IMG/VR virus record: IMGVR_UViG_3300021400_000130
Coordinates: 1-64,000 of that record
Strand: one strand, 5' to 3'
Origin: a virus
Taxonomy: Duplodnaviria > Caudoviricetes
DNA length: 64,000 bases
Part shown: piece by piece, positions 15,140 to 23,172 of the stretch
Layout: every line of letters starts with the position of its first letter
Position numbering within the stretch: the first letter of the stretch is position 1
Made by a program: the position numbers and the translations under genes
The notes under the pieces: generated by a model
Told to the model about the DNA's origin: nothing
Databases searched by the model: none
What the model saw: the letters and a program-made list of their open reading frames with translations, nothing else

Positions 15140-15282
15140 AAAGACGCACACTGCAAATATTTTTATAATATTTGAAAGTTTTTGTACACCCTAAACTCTA
15201 TACATCGGAAATAGTTAGATGGTAAGTAAGTTGAGTGTTCCGTTGTGGAGTATAAATTAAAGAACTAAGTCCTGCGTCTTGT
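15140..15282 (+). ncRNA. YACAGCAA-stem RNA, copy 7 (long variant, CACTGCAA)
   Basis: AAGACGCA/TGCGTCTT-G stem followed by CACTGCAA. Confidence 0.65.
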
Positions 15283-15289
15283 TTTATAT

Positions 15290-15377
15290 GCTGGTGTGGT
15301 GGAATAGGTAGACACAGCGGACTTAAAATCCGCTGGCCTTAAAAGCCGTGTCGGTTCGAGTCCGACCACCAGCACCA
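15290..15377 (+). tRNA. tRNA-Leu(TAA)
   Basis: GCTGGTG/CACCAGC, GCGGA-CTTAAAA-TCCGC, CCA. Confidence 0.95.
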
Positions 15378-15544
15378 CTATTATTAGAGTCGAGCAAAAG
15401 TCACAAGTGATGTTGGCCTAAAAAGGGTAACCGCGGCCTACTGAAACGTATGTCAGAGGAGATTTAGAAATTAAATACGAGTGATAGTATTTAGGACTCT
15501 TGTGTACTTCCGGTCTTGCTCGACCGGGCTCTAATAGTAGACCA
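15378..15544 (+). ncRNA. Long-stemmed structured RNA ending in ACCA
   Basis: CTATTATTAGAGT/GCTCTAATAGTAG, GTCGAGCAA/TTGCTCGAC and CACAAG/CTTGTG stems. Confidence 0.55.
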
Positions 15545-15648
15545 TTGGAGAAAGTCCTGCATAGAGGCGGCAACATAAAACTGTGTCAGGTCAGTTTTGA
15601 ATAAGGCGGTCTATATGGCTACCTTATGTTTTTTAACTGACACAGTAT

Positions 15649-15725
15649 GCGGGCGTAGCTCAGCTGGTTAGAGCACCTGCCTTACAAGCAGGGGGTCGAT
15701 GGTTCGAGCCCGTCCGTCCGCACCA
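15649..15725 (+). tRNA. tRNA-Val(TAC)
   Basis: GCGGGCG/CGTCCGC, CCTGC-CTTACAA-GCAGG, CCA. Confidence 0.95.
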
Positions 15726-15768
15726 ATACTGAAAACAGATCTTCTTAATCTTTTTTAAAGGAAATAAA

Positions 15769-16152
15769 ATGAAGTTTAAAACATTAACAACAGAAGACTT
15801 TGAATTGGAAGAAAAGTTTCTAAGTCCTGCAGTTAGAGCAAAGAAATATCAGAAGCATGTAATAGATCAGAAGTCATTTGGTAAACATATGACAGAAGAA
15901 AATTATGAAAAAGCGGCTGATGATCTTGCAAATAGTAAAGTAGATTACAAAACAGTACTTGGATATAAAGCCTGTGACGATAAAGGTCAAGAAGCTTTTA
16001 TAAAGTACAACACTAAGACAGAGGAGTATGTAGTCTATCATAGAGCACCTTCTGGAGAGCCTTTAATTGTTAGTTTCTATCATAGACCTCTAAGAGAGTT
16101 TACAGGAAAGAAAGCCTTAGAATATATTGATGAACTTCCAGATACGGAGTAA
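15769..16152 (+). CDS. Hypothetical protein resembling small toxin RNase domains
   Basis: YQKHV...SFG..MTEENYEKAADDL pattern and C-terminal IVSFY; precedes a CPCC-domain gene. Confidence 0.5.
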   Translation: MKFKTLTTEDFELEEKFLSPAVRAKKYQKHVIDQKSFGKHMTEENYEKAADDLANSKVDYKTVLGYKACDDKGQEAFIKYNTKTEEYVVYHRAPSGEPLIVSFYHRPLREFTGKKALEYIDELPDTE

Positions 16153-16166
16153 CAAGGAGTTTAAAG

Positions 16167-16910
16167 ATGACTATTGAAGATCTGAAGAAAACAAAAGAGT
16201 TCAGAGAGTATGGTTACACAATTGTTAAATGTCCTATTTGTGGTGAACCTACACTAGATAGATTCTGGATCTGTGATACTTGTGGTTGGGAGTTTGACGG
16301 TGCTATTCTTCCCGATCATTACTCAAGTGCTAATGGTTGTACTGTTAGCGAATATATTCATAAGTATAGAGTAAAACACAAAATTCCTGTCAATGAAATG
16401 AAGAAGGGTACAACTCAATACGGACTAGATTCAGGATTTACAAGAGGCACAGAAACAATTGAACCTCTTGTTACTGTTCAGATTAAAAGATGTTCAAATA
16501 CTGCTATTCTTCCTACAAAGGCACATGAAGATGATGCTTGTTATGATATATATGCAGACTTGTGTGATAAATCTTTTGTAACTATTCCACCTCACACTTC
16601 TGCTTCAATCATGTCTGGGTTTAGCTCTTCTATTCCGAAAGGATATTTTGGAGCTGTATTTGCAAGAAGCGGCCTAGGTTGCAACAAAGGGCTTCGTCTA
16701 GCAAACAGTGTTGGTGTTATAGATTCTGGATACAGAGGCGAATGGAAAGTAGTTCTTCATAATGATAGTGATGAAGAAAGAATCGTATCACATGGGGATA
16801 GAATTGCTCAGTTTACTCTCTTACCTGTTATTGCTTCTGAACTAATTGAAACAGACGAGCTTGATACTACAGACAGAGGTTCTGGAGGCCTTGGTAGTAC
16901 AGGGAATTAA
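16167..16910 (+). CDS. dut: dUTPase (trimeric) fused to an N-terminal Cys-rich CPCC-like domain
   Basis: ARSG, GVIDSGYRGE, RIAQ and RGSGGLGSTG dUTPase motifs; N-terminal CPICG...ICDTCGWE...SAN. Confidence 0.9.
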   Translation: MTIEDLKKTKEFREYGYTIVKCPICGEPTLDRFWICDTCGWEFDGAILPDHYSSANGCTVSEYIHKYRVKHKIPVNEMKKGTTQYGLDSGFTRGTETIEPLVTVQIKRCSNTAILPTKAHEDDACYDIYADLCDKSFVTIPPHTSASIMSGFSSSIPKGYFGAVFARSGLGCNKGLRLANSVGVIDSGYRGEWKVVLHNDSDEERIVSHGDRIAQFTLLPVIASELIETDELDTTDRGSGGLGSTGN

Positions 16911-16920
16911 ATAGAATTAG

Positions 16921-16952
16921 TAAAGGCAGAAATTATCTGCCTTTATTTTTTT
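16921..16952 (+). terminator. Rho-independent terminator
   Basis: TAAAGGCAGA/TCTGCCTTTA hairpin followed by a T run. Confidence 0.8.
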
Positions 16953-17016
16953 AGTTGATTTATGACGATTCTTATTATATACTATAATTGTAAATAAATT
17001 ATAAGGAGTCGTAAAC

Positions 17017-17337
17017 ATGGTGTACTCATACTTCTGGTATATGACCAACAATAGAGATTACAAATTTGAATCCTATGAATTTGCTAAGCAGAATGGGTTC
17101 AAGGTCTCTGATTATGATCTTGCAATGAATGGTGTCGTCCGCGGATCTGATACTTATGACGCACTTGAGAATTTGTTTATGCTTATGAACAGTTCTCAGA
17201 ATAATCATCCCGGTATTCGTTCAATGAGCGTTTCTGATATTGTTCTTCTTGGGCCTACTGACTCCGAAGGCGGTATTGAGGTTTACTACTGTGATGATGC
17301 TGGTTGGACTAGACTTGATTTTTGGGAAGACATGTAA
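17017..17337 (+). CDS. YodL-like protein
   Basis: LENLF..MN...RSMSVSDIV...YYCDD.GW. Confidence 0.7.
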   Translation: MVYSYFWYMTNNRDYKFESYEFAKQNGFKVSDYDLAMNGVVRGSDTYDALENLFMLMNSSQNNHPGIRSMSVSDIVLLGPTDSEGGIEVYYCDDAGWTRLDFWEDM

Positions 17338-17360
17338 TATATTTATAAGGAGATAGCATA

Positions 17361-17603
17361 ATGAATAACAAAGTAATCGGTAACATTATTGAAACGGCTC
17401 GTACCTACAGTCGTACATTCGGGGCATTTGTTGTAGTATTCAAAGACGGAACGACCTTGAGTTGTAGGACTCCAGAAGAGTGCAGAAAAGGAATTGAGTC
17501 CCTTTATGCTATTAAATCAGATCCTGACAGGTATCCCGAGATCAGTACCATCAAACTTCCAGAAGAAGGCGGAACTCATTACTGGCTTAGAGAAGCGCCT
17601 TAA
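17361..17603 (+). CDS. Hypothetical protein
   Basis: SD AAGGAG. Confidence 0.65.
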   Translation: MNNKVIGNIIETARTYSRTFGAFVVVFKDGTTLSCRTPEECRKGIESLYAIKSDPDRYPEISTIKLPEEGGTHYWLREAP

Positions 17604-17615
17604 CATAGAGGAGGA

Positions 17616-17915
17616 GTGTTGTTAATGTTCTTGCATATTGTTGCAGTAATTCATCTTGTAATTTTTATCATAGATTTTGTACTTGCATCACTCATTTCTC
17701 TAATTGTCAAGTCAAGATTGAGCAGAGAGTACGGAAAACTCAATATAGAAGAAAGTTCTATTTCTGAAAAGATTCTCGTTTATCTTAGATTTACTGTTTA
17801 CGCACTTCTTCCTATTACCAATGTTGCTATGTGTTATGGTATGCTCTTTAAAACAGATGAAATTGTTTCGACAAGTATAAATAAGATTATTCAGAAATCA
17901 GATATAAACAGATGA
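17616..17915 (+). CDS. Membrane protein
   Basis: Hydrophobic segments, SD GAGGAGG. Confidence 0.6.
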   Translation: MLLMFLHIVAVIHLVIFIIDFVLASLISLIVKSRLSREYGKLNIEESSISEKILVYLRFTVYALLPITNVAMCYGMLFKTDEIVSTSINKIIQKSDINR

Positions 17916-18097
17916 TAATATATATTGTTGTGTTTATTATAATCTGGGCAATTATGTTCCCTGTTGTAGGATCAAGTACTAACTCAGGATATGAATATGA
18001 AAATCTGAATAACGAAAAAGTAACTTTAATTGTTTCTTTCTTCCTTGCACTTCTTGTAACTGCTTTCATATACTGTGCTGTAAATAAGGTGTATTAA
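17912..18097 (+). CDS. Small membrane protein
   Basis: Two TM segments. Confidence 0.55.
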   Translation: MIIYIVVFIIIWAIMFPVVGSSTNSGYEYENLNNEKVTLIVSFFLALLVTAFIYCAVNKVY

Positions 18098-18098
18098 A

Positions 18099-18530
18099 AT
18101 GATTGATAAATTTGATGGAGAGTATAGTTTTTTAAGTAATTTTTATTATTCTCCTATTACTCCATTCAAAGATAATATTGAGTATCCAACTGTTGAGCAT
18201 GCTTTTCAGGCTTGTAAAACTACTGATATTTCCATTAGGAAAACTATCGCCCATCAACCCACTCCTGGTAAAGCAAAAAGGATTGGTCGTCATGTAGTTC
18301 TGAGAGATGACTGGAAAGACATCAAAGATCAAGTTATGTATGATGCTTTAAAAGCAAAATTTAGAAATCCTGTTTTAAGAAGAAAACTGATTGCTACAGG
18401 AGAAGAAGAACTTATAGAAGGAAACTGGTGGGGCGACACTTACTGGGGTGTATGTAATGGGATTGGAGAAAATCATCTCGGTAAGTTACTCATGCGGATA
18501 AGAGAGGAAATTAAGTCTCAAATTAGTTGA
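18099..18530 (+). CDS. NADAR (YbiA-like) family protein
   Basis: FLSNFY, YPTVEHAFQA.K, AKF.NP.L...L..TG, WGDTYWG, GENHLGKLLM. Confidence 0.92.
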   Translation: MIDKFDGEYSFLSNFYYSPITPFKDNIEYPTVEHAFQACKTTDISIRKTIAHQPTPGKAKRIGRHVVLRDDWKDIKDQVMYDALKAKFRNPVLRRKLIATGEEELIEGNWWGDTYWGVCNGIGENHLGKLLMRIREEIKSQIS

Positions 18531-18592
18531 TATGTGTTTATTTTTACCTTATAATATAAGTGTAAAATAAATAAGCGAAGGAGATATCAACG

Positions 18593-18985
18593 ATGAGTTA
18601 CGAGAGCAGGGTACTTGTTATTGACAGAAAGAAAATTTCTGAGACCGAGGCTATTGGTCAGGAACTCGCTCGGTTTGATCTGGCCTGCATGGGATATGAC
18701 AAGTTCAATGGAAAAGAATTCACCGAGCTGTTTTCCACTCCTATTGACTTTAACCTCTATGTTAATCAGAGCGATGAGGTTGTCGACGACAGCTTCTATC
18801 GTGAAGATTGCTACGGTAAGCACTGCAACTTCACAAGAGACATTGACGAAGTTATTGCCTGGCTCGAAGAGTCTCAGAAGAATGAGCCCTATCGTCGTGC
18901 TGAGATGCTTCTAAACTTCTTGAAGCTGTTCAAATATCAAGTTGGTCAATTTAATGACATTTGCCTTGTTCACTACGGATACTGA
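18593..18985 (+). CDS. Hypothetical phage protein
   Basis: SD AAGGAG, after the promoter at 18527. Confidence 0.75.
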   Translation: MSYESRVLVIDRKKISETEAIGQELARFDLACMGYDKFNGKEFTELFSTPIDFNLYVNQSDEVVDDSFYREDCYGKHCNFTRDIDEVIAWLEESQKNEPYRRAEMLLNFLKLFKYQVGQFNDICLVHYGY

Positions 18986-19000
18986 TAGGAGGTAACTAAA

Positions 19001-19255
19001 ATGACGAACGAACAGATAGAACAGAGAAGAGAAGAAGTTAAGAAAATTCTTCAGAATCTTAAGAACAGAGCAAACAATGTGTGGTTAGTTTGTTGTATTT
19101 GGGAGTCTCCTATGACTGGTGGACTTGACCACAGGGAAGGATTTTTCATAGACTATATAGAAGCTAGGTGGTTTGCTCAAATGCTCGAAGATACTTATGG
19201 ACCTAAGAAGTTTAACTTCACTCATGAGGTCTACTTCTTCCGTACAAATAGTTGA
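19001..19255 (+). CDS. Hypothetical protein
   Basis: SD AGGAGG. Confidence 0.7.
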   Translation: MTNEQIEQRREEVKKILQNLKNRANNVWLVCCIWESPMTGGLDHREGFFIDYIEARWFAQMLEDTYGPKKFNFTHEVYFFRTNS

Positions 19256-19318
19256 TTTTAGTCTTATTTCATATTATAATAAGTCTGTAAATAATAAAAA
19301 ATAAAGGAGCGAATTACA

Positions 19319-20275
19319 ATGCCTGCTAATGTTGAGTCCCTTTTCTACACCTCCAATGAACAGAATGGAAGATTTGTCCCCTGGCACGGTCTTGGTACTC
19401 CGGTTCAGGAAGCATTGACCAGCGAGGAAGCTATTGAGAAGGCCGGCCTGAACTGGACGGTCGAGAAGAAACCGATCTACAATGAGAATGGTAAGGAGAT
19501 CCCGAAGTACTTCCGTACTGCTCGTAGCTCTGATAACAGCACTCTCGGTATTGTATCTGGTCGGTACAAGATCGTTCAGAACTCTGAAGCGTTCAGCTTT
19601 ACTGACGGTCTCATCGGTGAAGATGTCCGATATGAAACTGCTGGTAGTCTTAACGAAGGTCGTAGAGTTTGGCTTCTTGCTAAACTTCCTGAGAAGATGA
19701 TCCTCGGCGATAAGTTCGACACTTATGTCTGTTTCACTAACACTCATGACGGAACGGGTTCTGTTCAGGTATGCCTGACTCCGACTCGAGTAGTGTGCAG
19801 CAACACTCTTAACCTTGCACTTAGCGAGGCTAGCAGAAAGTGGTCTACTCGTCACATCGGTAATCTTGAGCAGAAGATGGAAGAGGCTCGTAGGGCTCTT
19901 GAGTTGGCGGATGCTTACATGGAAGCCCTGAACAGCAAGGCTCAGGTCCTGTCGGATGTCAAGGTTTCTGATGCAGAAGTTGAGGTCATGTTTGACTCCA
20001 TCTTCCCTGTGAACACTGAAAAGGATACTGCTCGTAAGATCAAGAATGTTGAGTATCTGAAGAATGCTTTCTTCAAGTGCATGCAGGCTCCTGACATCGC
20101 TCAGTTCTCTGGAACTGCCTGGGGCGTGATTAACGCGATGACGGACTTCGCTGATCACACTGCTCCTATTCGTCTTACCGACAGCTATCAGGAAAACAAC
20201 TGGGGAAAGATTATCGGCGGTCACCCTGCAGTGGATGCTATGTATTCTCTGCTGACCGCCAAGGTCGCCGCCTAA
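19319..20275 (+). CDS. DUF932 / phage-plasmid TIGR03299-like protein
   Basis: VPWHGLG, AGLNWTV, YETAGSL..G..VW.LA, HDG.GS, TPTRVVCSNTL, WGVINA. Confidence 0.9.
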   Translation: MPANVESLFYTSNEQNGRFVPWHGLGTPVQEALTSEEAIEKAGLNWTVEKKPIYNENGKEIPKYFRTARSSDNSTLGIVSGRYKIVQNSEAFSFTDGLIGEDVRYETAGSLNEGRRVWLLAKLPEKMILGDKFDTYVCFTNTHDGTGSVQVCLTPTRVVCSNTLNLALSEASRKWSTRHIGNLEQKMEEARRALELADAYMEALNSKAQVLSDVKVSDAEVEVMFDSIFPVNTEKDTARKIKNVEYLKNAFFKCMQAPDIAQFSGTAWGVINAMTDFADHTAPIRLTDSYQENNWGKIIGGHPAVDAMYSLLTAKVAA

Positions 20276-20282
20276 GGAGGGA

Positions 20283-20645
20283 ATGAAGATGTCTGATCGT
20301 CCTAAATCTACTATTTCAACAAATCTTGTCCTTGTTATGATGGCAAACCTGGGAGTTGTTATTGATAGGTTCGAGCTGGACGATCAAGGCACTCCATTCT
20401 ATCTGTCCTTTAGTTATCCTTCTAGCTCTGAAAAGAAAGACAATGACGGTAATGTTCTTGAAGGAAGTTTTCTCGGTGCAAAGATTTCAGAAATTGCACG
20501 AAGAATGTTCCCGCCTCCCGCTACTGTTGAAGTCTTTGAAAGGGAGGATGAGTGGACAGAGGAAAGATCTTCCTTTGCTCGAAAGTTCCTCATCCAGTCT
20601 ATTATTCAGCAGGGTCAGGATTTCAATAGTTATATCTTTCAGTGA
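20283..20645 (+). CDS. Hypothetical protein
   Basis: SD AAGGAGG. Confidence 0.7.
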   Translation: MKMSDRPKSTISTNLVLVMMANLGVVIDRFELDDQGTPFYLSFSYPSSSEKKDNDGNVLEGSFLGAKISEIARRMFPPPATVEVFEREDEWTEERSSFARKFLIQSIIQQGQDFNSYIFQ

Positions 20646-20783
20646 TAGTTGAATATTTAGTTAAAATACTTTATAATATATATGTAAAGAGGACCGGGGA
20701 GAACGCAGGATAGAAATTGGGACTTGCCAGATGACCCTCCTCCCCTCCTCTTTAACAAACTTACGGAAGGTGCGTACATACAT

Positions 20784-21182
20784 ATGCCTAGAGGTAGACC
20801 GAAGGGAAGTAAAAATAAGAGTACTCTTATGAAGATGAATCTTCTCGATGATGCCCCTGAGAAGACTACAGAGGAGACTCCTGTTGTTCAAGAGGAAAAG
20901 AAACCTGAAGTTAAGAAAGAGTTTACCTCAAAGTACTCTTACTGTTGTGATGTATGCGAAAAAACTTTTCCCGGTTCCCCTAATCCAGTTGATTTTATGA
21001 GGATTACAGGAAAAGCAGATTACTATAGAGAGTCTCGTAGTACGAAACTCTATATATGTAATAATTGTGCACTTGAGCTGAGCGACGTGGTGGATCGTTG
21101 GCTTCTGAAGAAAAATCCGAAACTTAGAAAGTTTCCTGTATATGAGGTAGCAGATGAAAAGAACGTATCTGACATTTCCTGA
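20784..21182 (+). CDS. AT-hook and zinc-finger protein
   Basis: MPRGRPKGSKNK AT-hook; CDVC...CNNC. Confidence 0.65.
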   Translation: MPRGRPKGSKNKSTLMKMNLLDDAPEKTTEETPVVQEEKKPEVKKEFTSKYSYCCDVCEKTFPGSPNPVDFMRITGKADYYRESRSTKLYICNNCALELSDVVDRWLLKKNPKLRKFPVYEVADEKNVSDIS

Positions 21183-21396
21183 CGATGTTAAGTATCTTGC
21201 TTGGCTTATTCCTAGTGAGCTTTCACTTGTATCTGCACGAATGCCCGACGCCAAGCAGGTTCCTTGCACGCTTAAGAATATGGGCGATGGATCGGTTGTT
21301 CTTTCAGCAGAAGGCTATCATAGTGCAACTTTTGTTGATAAGCACTTTGAATTTTTACTTTACTGTGGAGATGTTGTTAAACTAGAAAATGGATAA
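21154..21396 (+). CDS. Hypothetical protein
   Basis: SD GAGG; overlaps both neighbours. Confidence 0.55.
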   Translation: MKRTYLTFPDDVKYLAWLIPSELSLVSARMPDAKQVPCTLKNMGDGSVVLSAEGYHSATFVDKHFEFLLYCGDVVKLENG

Positions 21397-21913
21397 ACTA
21401 CTATTACATGCTTGTTGTGCTCCGTGTAGTATCGCAATCTTAGATGAGTATTCTAAGTATTTTGATATTACTCTTTATTATTATAATCCAAATATAACTA
21501 ATAAAGAAGAGTATGATAAAAGAGCACAAGAGCTTTTGAGTCTTGAAAAAATATACCCCGTTAAGGTTGTTATTGCAGAATTTACACCTGAAGTATTCTA
21601 CTGTTCTTGCTCTAGTATGAAAGATTCCCCTGAAGGTGGAAGACGATGCAGGGTTTGCTATAGCATGAGACTTTCTGAAGCAGCACTATATGCAAAAGAG
21701 AATAATTTTCCGTATTTTTCAACTACACTTACTTTAAGCCCATACAAAGATTCTGCTGTTATAAATAGTATTGGGACACAGTTGGGAGGAACTGTGGGCG
21801 TTATGTATATGCCTTTTGATTTTGGATATCTGTTTCCCAGATCTTTGGAATTATGTAAAAAGTATAATCTTTACCAGCAACAGTATTGTGGGTGTGAGTA
21901 TTCTAAACAGTAG
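21389..21913 (+). CDS. queH: Epoxyqueuosine reductase QueH (DUF208)
   Basis: LLLHACCAPCS, YYYNPNI, EGG.RC..CY..RL, TTL..SP.K, YQQQYCGCEYS. Confidence 0.92.
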   Translation: MDKLLLHACCAPCSIAILDEYSKYFDITLYYYNPNITNKEEYDKRAQELLSLEKIYPVKVVIAEFTPEVFYCSCSSMKDSPEGGRRCRVCYSMRLSEAALYAKENNFPYFSTTLTLSPYKDSAVINSIGTQLGGTVGVMYMPFDFGYLFPRSLELCKKYNLYQQQYCGCEYSKQ

Positions 21914-21975
21914 TTGATTCTCTTTAAATTTTACACTATAATATAGATGTAAAATAAATTACGGAGGATGTACAG

Positions 21976-22476
21976 ATGACTTACGATATGATTACTGAGG
22001 CACTTAATACTATCCATCCTGGATCTTTTGTTCGTATTGGTTATCATACAGAACTTCCTCTGAAATCAGCATTTGTTAAAGAAGGATACAAGATCATTCG
22101 TACTAGCGAAACTACTGTTCGCACAGGTATTAACTACTGGAATATTCAGTATGTTAGAAATGAGCGTGCTAATCGTTCCGAACCTGCTCGTTCCCATATC
22201 AGCCACATCGTTCCTGTGATCAAGAATAAGATCTATAAGAACGAAAATACTCAACAGATGTACCTCAGAGTATTTCCTACTGTTAAAGGAACAAACAAGA
22301 TTAGCACTTACCTTTTCATTAAACCTGATGGTTCGGTCAGGATGACGAATACTCTTGACTCAGATATGAAAGAGATGGTTCGTGATTCTTACTTTAGAAA
22401 ATCTTCTTTCAATCCGATTCACATGATTAGACTTGACAATATTTTCCGTATTGGAAAATATGGAGTGTTGTGCTAA
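21976..22476 (+). CDS. Hypothetical phage protein
   Basis: SD GGAGG, after the promoter at 21914. Confidence 0.75.
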   Translation: MTYDMITEALNTIHPGSFVRIGYHTELPLKSAFVKEGYKIIRTSETTVRTGINYWNIQYVRNERANRSEPARSHISHIVPVIKNKIYKNENTQQMYLRVFPTVKGTNKISTYLFIKPDGSVRMTNTLDSDMKEMVRDSYFRKSSFNPIHMIRLDNIFRIGKYGVLC

Positions 22477-22565
22477 TATGTTATATTACTAATAGGCCAG
22501 ATTAGAAATAGTCTGGCCCTTGTATTATATATTGAATAAACTTAAGGAGGAATACTTACAATTAT

Positions 22566-23153
22566 ATGAAGTATAGTGTTTATTGTGCAGGTCCAATTTT
22601 CTTTGAAGGAGATTATTATCGCAGTAAGGTGTGGAGAGATAAACTTCTCGAAGCATTTGGTGATAAACTAGACATGTATTTTCCTGTTTTCAATACTGAT
22701 ATAAATGGAAAGATTGGAAAACGCAAGTTTGCAGGATCCAAAGAGATTGCAAAAGCAGACAATGAAAGATTAGATAATACTGACATTCTGATTGCATGTA
22801 TTGATGGGGACGTTTTGCCTTCGGGTACCTGCACAGAGATTGGTATCTTTAGAGAAAAAATTAAAAGAGGAGACAATAAGTGCTTGATTGGAATATGCAC
22901 CGATACAAGACAGTGTTTCCTTACTCATAGCGAAGCAAAGGACAAAGGTGGCGCTTCCTCTCTTGGTGAGCAACAGTATTCTTATCAGAATCTCTACACT
23001 ACAGGTTGTATTAAAGAAGTAGGTGTTCTAGTAAGTAATATTGATGAAGTAATTGACGAAATTAAGAAATGGATTTCTAAACAAGAAGAGGTAAAAGTAC
23101 TTCCTGGACAGATGTGTTTTGAAGATGTCTGTGATGAATGTAAACTTGTATAA
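22566..23153 (+). CDS. Nucleoside 2-deoxyribosyltransferase family protein
   Basis: VYCAGPIF, D...L...DILIA.IDG...SGT..EIG. Confidence 0.8.
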   Translation: MKYSVYCAGPIFFEGDYYRSKVWRDKLLEAFGDKLDMYFPVFNTDINGKIGKRKFAGSKEIAKADNERLDNTDILIACIDGDVLPSGTCTEIGIFREKIKRGDNKCLIGICTDTRQCFLTHSEAKDKGGASSLGEQQYSYQNLYTTGCIKEVGVLVSNIDEVIDEIKKWISKQEEVKVLPGQMCFEDVCDECKLV

Positions 23154-23172
23154 GATGAGGTAAGTAAGTTAT

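Noticed and set aside
14969-15282. Tandem YACAGCAA elements as a CRISPR array
   Set aside because: Repeats vary with compensatory changes, spacing is irregular, and no cas genes are present.
19274-20224. 316-aa minus-strand ORF
   Set aside because: Antisense shadow of the codon-biased DUF932 gene; no SD or recognisable motifs.
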